Source: Chlamydiota bacterium (GTDB taxonomy: Bacteria > Auribacterota > Tritonobacteria > UBA1439). Taken from it: DNA of 30,465 nucleotides. Positions 17,683 to 24,740 of this stretch are shown one piece after another. The number at the start of each line of letters is the position of its first letter. Within the stretch, counting starts at the first letter, position 1. The translations under genes were made by a program, and so were the position numbers. The notes below the pieces were generated by a model. That model did no database searches and was not told the origin of the DNA. It saw only the letters and a program-made list of their open reading frames with translations. The stretch lies in assembly GCA_037133055.1 (NCBI GenBank), contig JBAXOY010000023.1:1-30465 (forward strand), given 5' to 3'.

Positions 17683-18441
17683 TCACCCGCGCCTGTCATC
17701 TTTGGTGACGGAGTTAATGGTCGTGTCTATCACCCCCTCGCATGAGGACGCGGCCGCGCTTCGCGCCCGCCTGGCTTCCTCCTCTTCCCACCTGCTATTC
17801 TTGAAACCGTCGAGCATGCGATGGACCTCGGTTTTCCTCGCCTCCCGGCGGGCTGCCCCGCTCGTATGGCGTGGGTTGTATTCTTCGAGCATCAGTTTGA
17901 GATCCGTTATGCGAAGTTCCCGACCTTTCGCAGAAAGGCTTTTCAGCCTCTTTGCAATCTCCTGTTGTTTTTGCTGGAATTTCTTAAGTCTGGCGGTTAC
18001 TTCATTCCTTCTTTCTTCCTGTGCGGCGATAATCCTGCTGATCATCGCCCGGTATTCCCTGACCCTCACGGACTCGCCTGAGACAAGGCACTCTCTGAAT
18101 TTTTTAAGCCCCTCCCGTAAATCCCCCGCTGTCTTTCCCTGCTCGCAGAAATAGCCGTCCACCAGATTCCCGATTTCCCTCTCTTCGCCCTCCTGAACGG
18201 AAAGGAACCCCACGATCATGGTATCGAAGTCCCTTTTTCTGAGTGATCCATTCCGGGCGAGCGCTTCTTTCAGATCGGAATTGATCCTGTCCCTTTCTTG
18301 TTTTATCTCTGAAAAGGATTTATGGAAATCTGAAATGATCCGGCGGGTTGTGTCAAAAGCGGATTCAATCTCTTGAAGCCTGGCGTCATAGGAGAAAACC
18401 ATGTTTTCAACAACGCCGGTCGCCCCTTCTTCAAAGCCCAT
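17683..18441 (-). CDS. Helical coiled-coil protein (252 aa); N-terminus similar to the GvpC-like gene
   Basis: GGGAG RBS; MGFEEGATGVVENMVFSYDAR aligns with MGIADEMKGIADNIISSHGVR. Confidence 0.75.
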   Translation of the reverse strand: MGFEEGATGVVENMVFSYDARLQEIESAFDTTRRIISDFHKSFSEIKQERDRINSDLKEALARNGSLRKRDFDTMIVGFLSVQEGEEREIGNLVDGYFCEQGKTAGDLREGLKKFRECLVSGESVRVREYRAMISRIIAAQEERRNEVTARLKKFQQKQQEIAKRLKSLSAKGRELRITDLKLMLEEYNPRHTSGAARREARKTEVHRMLDGFKNSRWEEEEARRARSAAASSCEGVIDTTINSVTKDDRRG

Positions 18442-18476
18442 TGTTCCGCTCCCTAACCATTCATTTCGAATAGGTT

Positions 18477-18537
18477 AAAGGTATTGCTTGGCGAGATATG
18501 CCCCGCCTTGCGGAGGATACCTCGGCAAGCACCCTTT
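18477..18537 (-). terminator. Long stem-loop immediately after the second gvpA (partial terminator or mRNA stabiliser)
   Basis: Arms AAAGGTATTGCTTGGCGAGATATGCCCCGC / GCGGAGGATACCTCGGCAAGCACCCTTT; short U run on the minus strand. Confidence 0.65.
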
Positions 18538-18544
18538 TCTCCGC

Positions 18545-18751
18545 TTACGCCGCTGACGCGGTCAGGCCGATTGCCTCGGCATACTTCAGGTACGTCTCGA
18601 CTGATGCCGCCACGATTCTGGCTTCAACAGCGAGCAGCTCAATACCCACCAACGACACTCTCACCCAGGCGTCGACCACGATGCCCTTGTCCAGTATCCG
18701 GTCTATAACCTCAACCAGGCTGGAAGAACCGATCGTTTTTTCCACTGCCAT
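18545..18751 (-). CDS. gvpA: Major gas vesicle shell protein A (copy 2)
   Basis: [55 protein letters not shown]. Confidence 0.98.
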   Translation of the reverse strand: MAVEKTIGSSSLVEVIDRILDKGIVVDAWVRVSLVGIELLAVEARIVAASVETYLKYAEAIGLTASAA

Positions 18752-18810
18752 GGTACACGTTCCTTTCCCGAGCTGGATGTTGATGACAACCTACCCCATG
18801 CCACTCACCT

Positions 18811-18852
18811 AAATCCCCCTCCCCCCCTTAAAAGGGGGGAATGGGTGGATTT
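18811..18852. repeat. C/G-tract hairpin repeat (copy 5), between the gvpA copies
   Basis: AAATCCCCCTCCCCCCCTTAAAAGGGGGGAATGGGTGGATTT. Confidence 0.7.
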
Positions 18853-19057
18853 ACGCCGCTGACGCGGTCAGGCCGATTGCCTCGGCATACTTCAGGTACG
18901 TCTCGACTGATGCCGCCACGATTCTGGCTTCAACAGCGAGCAGCTCAATACCCACCAGCGACACTCTCACCCAGGCGTCAACCACGATGCCCTTGTCCAG
19001 TATCCGGTCTATAACCTCAACCAGGCTGGATGAACCGATCGTTTTCTCCACTGCCAT
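18851..19057 (-). CDS. gvpA: Major gas vesicle shell protein A (copy 1)
   Basis: Protein identical to copy 2; strong AAGGAGGTGA RBS before the ATG at 19057. Confidence 0.98.
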   Translation of the reverse strand: MAVEKTIGSSSLVEVIDRILDKGIVVDAWVRVSLVGIELLAVEARIVAASVETYLKYAEAIGLTASAA

Positions 19058-19120
19058 CTGACTCACCTCCTTCCCTTTTTGGATTTTTGAAGCAACACCC
19101 GCCGTTCCGGCGGGTAATTT

Positions 19121-19348
19121 CTATTCTGAGTTCTGCGACGACACCCGGTGCGCGCGCATTTTACAGTAAGAAGCCGCAAATTTGGAGACCCATTCCTCGG
19201 GGGTAAGGCCGCCCTGCCTGCACTGCCTTTCCATCAGCTTCGTTTCCCTGAGGATATATTCCCTGGCAGTCACGAACCCCTCCGCTCTCTTCCGCAAAAC
19301 GCCTATGTTCAGATCCAAAGGATTATCCGACTGATTCTTCTCGTGCAT
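19121..19348 (-). CDS. Small hypothetical protein (75 aa), first ORF after the sigma54 promoter
   Basis: GGGTGA RBS; ATG about 35 nt downstream of the -12 element; helical LTPEEWVSKFAASY motif. Confidence 0.65.
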   Translation of the reverse strand: MHEKNQSDNPLDLNIGVLRKRAEGFVTAREYILRETKLMERQCRQGGLTPEEWVSKFAASYCKMRAHRVSSQNSE

Positions 19349-19383
19349 TTGTCACCCGTTATCAACGTCTGTTTGCTTAAGAA

Positions 19384-19399
19384 AGCATAACCCGTGCCG
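19384..19399 (-). promoter_or_regulatory. Sigma54 (-24/-12) promoter of the gvp operon
   Basis: Minus strand CGGCACGGGTTATGCT is GG-N10-GC and close to the consensus TGGCACG-N4-TTGCW; an NtrC-type activator is encoded directly upstream. Confidence 0.8.
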
Positions 19400-19517
19400 T
19401 TATCTGATTGCTCCACACTGGTCATTACTATATGTTATATCATGTTCACTTGGAGCAGGTTAAATAGGATAGAAATAATGCTGCCCTGCAGACTTCGTAA
19501 AAAACAGCACTTAAATG

Positions 19518-19556
19518 TGTGGCATTATAGGGACAGCATGGGGTGGAATCAGGACA
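19518..19556. promoter_or_regulatory. Candidate tandem enhancer (UAS) sites
   Basis: TGTGG-CATTATAG-GGACA (19518-19535) and TGGGG-TGGAATCA-GGACA (19539-19556), 21-bp period, about 120-160 bp upstream of the -24 element. Confidence 0.5.
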
Positions 19557-19586
19557 GGTACAAGGGGCAGGCTATCATCTGTAGCA

Positions 19587-19884
19587 TTACACGCTTCAAC
19601 GCCGGGATGCGGATGAACGCGGATCGTCAGGATGGACGCAGATAAGACCATGGCGTGAAGGCATAAAGGGACACGGCATTCGGGACGCAGATTGAGAAAC
19701 GGCAAAGGATTTCAAGGGGTGAATAGGACGCGGATGAACGCGGATAAAATGCGGAACAAAAAAAGGCTTTCGGGACGCAGACGAACGCAGAGCACGCAGA
19801 TACCACAATGGTCCAAGATTAAAGGTTCGCGATGGGAGCACGCTGCGCTAAAAATCCGCGTGTATCCGCGGCAATCCGCGTCCC
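19587..19884. repeat. Nest of ACGC(A/G)GAT / ATC(C/T)GCG 9-10-mer repeats, including the inverted partner of 1-61
   Basis: GGACGCGGATGAACGCGGAT, GGGACGCAGACGAACGCAGAGCACGCAGAT and the complementary ATCCGCGTGTATCCGCGGCAATCCGCGTCCC. Confidence 0.75.
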
Positions 19885-19921
19885 ATCTACTCTTGTAAAA
19901 GAATGGCGTCTCAAATATTCC

Positions 19922-21325
19922 CTACTCCGTTCCTTCGCCGTTGAGGCGCATCCCAAGGCTTTTCATCTTCCGGTACAGGGCTTTTCTGTCCAGCCCGAGC
20001 ATCTTTGCCGCTCGCGCCTTATTGCCGCCGGCCTTTCTTATGGCGCCATCGAGCAACTGCCTCCCGACTTGCCGGGTGACCTCTTCAAAAGAGGTCCCGG
20101 CGTCCAGGCCCGTTACGGCCTCTTCCTCCCGCCACTGCAGGCCGGATTGCCCCTTGAGGGTCAGCATGTCCGGAGACAGATGGCACTGATCGACATTGCC
20201 GCTGCCCGCCGTGAGCACGGCTCGTCTCACCACGTTCCTCAGCTCCCTCACATTGCCCGGCCAGGGATAGCCCGTCATGGACTTCATCGCCTCGGCGGAA
20301 AAGCCCTTTACCTTCTTGTTGAACTCGTCGTTGGCCTCCCGCCTGAACTGATCCGCCAGAAAAACAATATCCCCCTCCCTGTCGCGGAGGGGCGGAAGCT
20401 CGATATAATATTCGTTCAGCCTGTGAAAAAGATCCTTCCTGAACTTCCCCTCCCTCACGCGCGTGGACAGATCCAGGTTCGTGGCCACGATCACCCTGAC
20501 GTTGACGCGTATGATTCTTTTTCCCCCCAGGCGTTGTATCGTTTTCTCCTGGAGCGCCCGGAGGAGCTTTGCCTGCGCGCCGTCGGAGAGATTGCCGATC
20601 TCGTCAAGGAAAAGGCTCCCCTCGTGCGCCTGTTCGAATCTGCCCGCCTTCGGGGAATCTGCCCCCGTAAAAGCCCCCTTCTCGTATCCGAACAGTTCGC
20701 TCTCCATCAGCGTGTCGGGCATGGCCCCGCAATCCACCGCGACAAACGGCTTTTCCCTGCGCCCGCTGTGCTGATGAATCATCTGCGCGACCAATTCCTT
20801 GCCGGTGCCGCTCTCCCCCTGGAGGAGCACCGTCATAGTGGTGGGTGAGACAATATTCAGTTGTTCTACCGCCCGACGTATCGCGGGGCTTTCCCCCAGT
20901 TTTTCGGTCATCAGGGTCTTCTCGCCCAGTCTCTTTCTAAGGGACTCGACCTCACGGATCAGATGGCGGCCCTCCAGCGCCTTCCTGATGGTTACAATCA
21001 ATTCCTCATTGTCAAAGGGCTTGGTTATGTAGTCCCACGCCCCCATGCTCATCGTCCTGACCGCGCTCTTGATATCGCCGTACGCGGTGAGCATTATAAC
21101 GATGAGGTCCTTGTCGATCTTTTTCATCTCCTCTAAAAGCTCAACCCCATCCATCCCGGGGAGCTTGATGTCCACCAGGGCCAGGGCCGGACCGGCCTTC
21201 CTGACCTGTTTAAGCGCGGCCTTCCCCTCTTCAACCGCACACGTGTCAAACCCCGCCTCCATCAGGAGATCGGAGATGGCCGCGCGCAAATCCGCGTTAT
21301 CGTCAACAATCAAAATGGATTCCAT
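19922..21325 (-). CDS. NtrC-family sigma54-dependent response regulator (REC-AAA+-Fis HTH)
   Basis: REC LVDIKLP; GESGTGKE; ESELFGYEKGAFTGA; LFLDEIG; WPGNVREL; GGNKARAAKMLGLDRKALYRKMK. Confidence 0.96.
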   Translation of the reverse strand: MESILIVDDNADLRAAISDLLMEAGFDTCAVEEGKAALKQVRKAGPALALVDIKLPGMDGVELLEEMKKIDKDLIVIMLTAYGDIKSAVRTMSMGAWDYITKPFDNEELIVTIRKALEGRHLIREVESLRKRLGEKTLMTEKLGESPAIRRAVEQLNIVSPTTMTVLLQGESGTGKELVAQMIHQHSGRREKPFVAVDCGAMPDTLMESELFGYEKGAFTGADSPKAGRFEQAHEGSLFLDEIGNLSDGAQAKLLRALQEKTIQRLGGKRIIRVNVRVIVATNLDLSTRVREGKFRKDLFHRLNEYYIELPPLRDREGDIVFLADQFRREANDEFNKKVKGFSAEAMKSMTGYPWPGNVRELRNVVRRAVLTAGSGNVDQCHLSPDMLTLKGQSGLQWREEEAVTGLDAGTSFEEVTRQVGRQLLDGAIRKAGGNKARAAKMLGLDRKALYRKMKSLGMRLNGEGTE

Positions 21326-21388
21326 GTGCTCCCTCAGGCATGGCGGGTATGCCGTCCTCTCTCGACGGCCCCCTGCGAGGCGGGATGT

Positions 21389-22084
21389 TCAAGACACCTC
21401 GCAGGTGGCGCCCCGAGACTGAGGCATTACTCTACGCCGTGGATTTCTCTTCCTTTGAAGCTTTCGCATGACTTTTAATATCTCTCTGTCGGTGAACGGC
21501 TTGTCTATGAATATATAAGCCCCTTTGCGCCGTGCCTCCTCGCTTCTTTCCGCGCTCCCATATGCCGAGATAATAACCGGGATTGTATTGGGGTTGCTCT
21601 TCTGTATTTGAAAAAGGACTGACATCCCATCGCCATCCGGCAGCTTCAAATCAAGGAATACCAGGTCCGGGGAGCTTTTCTTTAAAATATTGATGCCTTC
21701 TCTTCTCGTGCGGGCGATTTCCACATTATAGCCCTCACTGACCATGGATTCGGACAAGAGATCACATAAATCCTTTTCGTCTTCTATGAGCAATATGTTT
21801 CTTATCGGCTTTCTCGAGAGCGGTATGGGTTGTGCTCTCTTCCTCTTCCTCTTCCTCTTCCTCTCCCTCTCCCTCTCCTCCGACTGACTCTTCTCCCAGC
21901 GTTCAAAATATTGCCCTAACTCCTCAAGTTCTTCGGGCCTCCGCCATCCGGAGAAGCCGCTCGTCCAGACAAGGATCTCCCCCCTTTTTATTTTTCCCGT
22001 GGAAATCCAATTCTTCAATCTTCCATCATACACCGTTCTGTATATCTCAGGTCCTCTCCTGATGTCCCATTTTATTTCCGTCAT
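21389..22084 (-). CDS. Response regulator with N-terminal GYF_2 (DUF4339)-like domain, charged linker and REC
   Basis: W..RRG...L..WI..GKI...ILVWTSGFSGW..PEELEEL, then (ER)n(KR)n linker, then ILLIEDE, FLDLKLPD, ISAYG, DKPF. Confidence 0.85.
   Translation of the reverse strand: MTEIKWDIRRGPEIYRTVYDGRLKNWISTGKIKRGEILVWTSGFSGWRRPEELEELGQYFERWEKSQSEERERERKRKRKRKRAQPIPLSRKPIRNILLIEDEKDLCDLLSESMVSEGYNVEIARTRREGINILKKSSPDLVFLDLKLPDGDGMSVLFQIQKSNPNTIPVIISAYGSAERSEEARRKGAYIFIDKPFTDREILKVMRKLQRKRNPRRRVMPQSRGATCEVS
21837..21880. repeat. Hexamer microsatellite (CTCTTC)n(CTCTCC)n encoding the ER/KR linker
   Basis: Read directly from the sequence. Confidence 0.8.
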
Positions 22085-22124
22085 GACCTTATCCTTATCT
22101 GGCCAGCGCGACTAAATTTTTTAT

Positions 22125-23228
22125 TTACTCGGGCACGACTTCTCGGAACATCGGCAGGGAGATCGTGAACACGGAACCCTTCCGGGGGATGCTTTCCACC
22201 CCTATAGTCCCACCGTGACTCACGATGATCCCATAGCATACAGTCAGGCCCAGGCCCACGCCCTGCTTCTTAGTGCTGAAGAAAGGGTCAAACAACCTGA
22301 TAATATCCTTCTCCGGAATTCCCCTGCCGGCATCCTGTATCCTCACCACAAAGGACTCGTTGCTGCGCTCAGTGGCGATGGTCAATTTTCCGCCTCCGGG
22401 CATCGCATCACCGGCATTTTTTATCATGTTCAGAAAGACACGCTCGATATGTTCCCTGTCAACACTGATCTTTAACGGTCTCGCGGCGAATTTCTTGACC
22501 ACCCGTATATTTTGCGATTTTATCATCAGCCTGGCGGAATCCAGCGCGCTATTCAATATCTTGTGCGGATCATGCATACGAAGGTCCAGTTTCGACGGCC
22601 TCGCGCAATTGAGCAGTTCCGTGATCAAAAAGTTAATCCTTTCCACATTTCTCACGATCACTTGAATATATCTGGATGAAGCGCCTTCCGGCGTAAGGGT
22701 CTTTTCAAGGGCATGCACAGACATGGCAATATTCGTGAGAGGGTTTCTTATCTCATGGGCGATGTTGGCGGCGATGCGGCCTGTGAACGCGAGTTTCTCG
22801 GATTTCACAAGGTCATCCTTCTTGTCATGCAGCTTTGCGTAAGACTTTTCGAGCTCCCTCCTGGACCCGGTGAGTTCCATGATCAATTCCCTTGTCTTCC
22901 TGCTGTCCCTGGCGACTAAGATAACATCAGATATCTCCTCCCCGGTTTTAGCGGCGGACACATTAACACTCACGGGGATTTCATCATTCCGCCCGTCCCG
23001 ATATATCATTTCATAATCCCTGATCGGGACTTTTTTCATAATCCCGGCGAGAGAAAATGCTTTGCACACCTTTCTCATCGGCGTGTTCAATAAATCCTTC
23101 CTGTCATACGCCAGAAGATCCAGGGTCGCACGGTTAACTTCTTTGATTTTTCCCTCCCGGTCTAAAATAATCACGCTGTCAATGAACTCTTCAACAGAGA
23201 TGCATTGTCTTCCGGAATCATTCATCAT
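22125..23228 (-). CDS. Cytoplasmic PAS-HisKA-HATPase histidine kinase
   Basis: PAS DSVIILDREGKIKEVN; H-box AHEIRNPL; NMIKNAGDAM, DAGRG, FDPFFSTK, GVGLGL; no TM segment. Confidence 0.94.
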   Translation of the reverse strand: MMNDSGRQCISVEEFIDSVIILDREGKIKEVNRATLDLLAYDRKDLLNTPMRKVCKAFSLAGIMKKVPIRDYEMIYRDGRNDEIPVSVNVSAAKTGEEISDVILVARDSRKTRELIMELTGSRRELEKSYAKLHDKKDDLVKSEKLAFTGRIAANIAHEIRNPLTNIAMSVHALEKTLTPEGASSRYIQVIVRNVERINFLITELLNCARPSKLDLRMHDPHKILNSALDSARLMIKSQNIRVVKKFAARPLKISVDREHIERVFLNMIKNAGDAMPGGGKLTIATERSNESFVVRIQDAGRGIPEKDIIRLFDPFFSTKKQGVGLGLTVCYGIIVSHGGTIGVESIPRKGSVFTISLPMFREVVPE

Positions 23229-23302
23229 GCCCTGCTCCTACTGGAATACTCGGTACTGCCAAAAGTGTGCTCTCATGGGCCCCTTGAAAACCCTTGCCTT
23301 CT

Positions 23303-23926
23303 TCATCGCGGTTCGCCTCCCGCAAGGCCCTCCTTGAAAGGCAACCGGTATATCAGATAGGTGATCTTTATCCCTTCCAGATACTTATGCACGCGGTGCT
23401 CCATCCCGATAAAAAGAAGCCCGGTTTCGCCATCCGCCAAAGTCCCCCTGATCCGCTCACTGATGAATGTATCCCGCTTTATCAGCAATTCCTCCTCGGT
23501 ATCATTATAGCGCCGAATGGCCTCCGCTCTCTCCTCCGCGCTGGAAGCCTGATAGAGCCGCTTCAGATTGTTGTATTCCTCAAGCAGCAATACCGGATCC
23601 TCAGTGCCCTCCACCCTCGCTCCCAGCCCGACAAGCTCCATGACAAGCCGATAGTTCGCGCTTCCCTTCTCCGCCACCTCCCGGACAATCTCCATTACCT
23701 TCCCGCACACCGGCAATCCATCCTGATATATCCTCAGGCTCTGATACGGCACATTCATGCCGGTGATCTTCTTCCTCAACCCGTCCCACATATCGGTGAT
23801 AACGCGCACATGCTGGTTCCACTTCTCTTCTCCATACTTCGCGATATACTCCCCTTTTGCGGCGCCGGAGAGGGTGCCGAGGTCGGCCTCGGTATGCACA
23901 ACGGGCGCGTAGATCAGTTCTCTCAT
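23303..23926 (-). CDS. Conserved hypothetical protein, paralogue of 1054-1689; TraB/GumN/TIKI-like motif pattern
   Basis: IYAPVVHT, RIYQDGLPVCG, GARVEGTED, RDTFISERI, LFIGMEH; ATGA overlap with the upstream receiver gene. Confidence 0.85.
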   Translation of the reverse strand: MRELIYAPVVHTEADLGTLSGAAKGEYIAKYGEEKWNQHVRVITDMWDGLRKKITGMNVPYQSLRIYQDGLPVCGKVMEIVREVAEKGSANYRLVMELVGLGARVEGTEDPVLLLEEYNNLKRLYQASSAEERAEAIRRYNDTEEELLIKRDTFISERIRGTLADGETGLLFIGMEHRVHKYLEGIKITYLIYRLPFKEGLAGGEPR

Positions 23927-24351
23927 TGCTTTTTTGGGTTTTTCTTCCGTCCCGGCAACGCGTTCCGGGGAGCCCTTATCGCGAGGACCTCCCTGACAAC
24001 CGCTTTTATCAACCCGATGTCGAACGGCTTGGTTATATAATCGGAGGCGCCCAACCGCATGGATTCTCTTGCCGTATCAACGTCCGCATGGGCGGTTATC
24101 ATGACGACCGCCGTTTTCCCGGTCATTCGCTTTATCCGCTTGAGCAATTCCAGCCCGTTCATGACGGGCATCCTGATATCAAGGAGGACAAGGCCGGGCT
24201 TTCCTTCTCGGATCTTTTTGAGGGCCGTTCCCCCGGTGCGGGCTTGAGAAAGGATGTATCCCTCATCGGTCAGAATATCCGAAAGCATATCACATGTGTC
24301 TTTCTCATCGTCCACTATCAGGATTTTTTCCTTCGGGATTTTTTTCCTCAT
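23923..24351 (-). CDS. Single-domain response regulator (REC)
   Basis: ILIVDDE, LLDIRMP, ITAH, TKPF; AAGGGGAG RBS. Confidence 0.92.
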   Translation of the reverse strand: MRKKIPKEKILIVDDEKDTCDMLSDILTDEGYILSQARTGGTALKKIREGKPGLVLLDIRMPVMNGLELLKRIKRMTGKTAVVMITAHADVDTARESMRLGASDYITKPFDIGLIKAVVREVLAIRAPRNALPGRKKNPKKQ

Positions 24352-24740
24352 AAAGCCGGAGCTCCCCTTTTCGGACAGTGATCCCGGCGGCTGCAGCCAT
24401 ACAGCCGCGATTCACTGGAAAATAGCACCGCCTTTCCGTGTAGCGTAACACATTATGTGCGACATTGAGTACACATCTCTCTATGAGACCTCTATCTATG
24501 ATGCCCCGTTTCCCGGCGCAGGATGGAGTTTTTATCCGCTCCAATCGCTTTAGCCGGTCTTTCCCGGGTGGAACCCCGTTCCAGTCGCATCTTCCTGATG
24601 CGCTCGCCCAATGTGCGGTCGGCACACGGGGGGCGGAAGACGACGATGCCGGAGGGTCGACGGCATATAGTTGGGGCTGCACGGGTGTTACTGCGGGTGG
24701 ACTACCAGTCTGAATGAGGGATGTGTCTATAGTTTTCTTA

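Noticed and set aside
19650..19730. c-di-GMP-I riboswitch, suggested by GGCAAA and GGGACGCA words
   Set aside because: The elements are in the wrong order, on the non-coding strand for the operon, and are explained by the local repeat family.
1..19884. CRISPR array or autonomous transposon
   Set aside because: The repeats are not regularly spaced with unique spacers, and there are no cas, transposase or integrase genes in the window.
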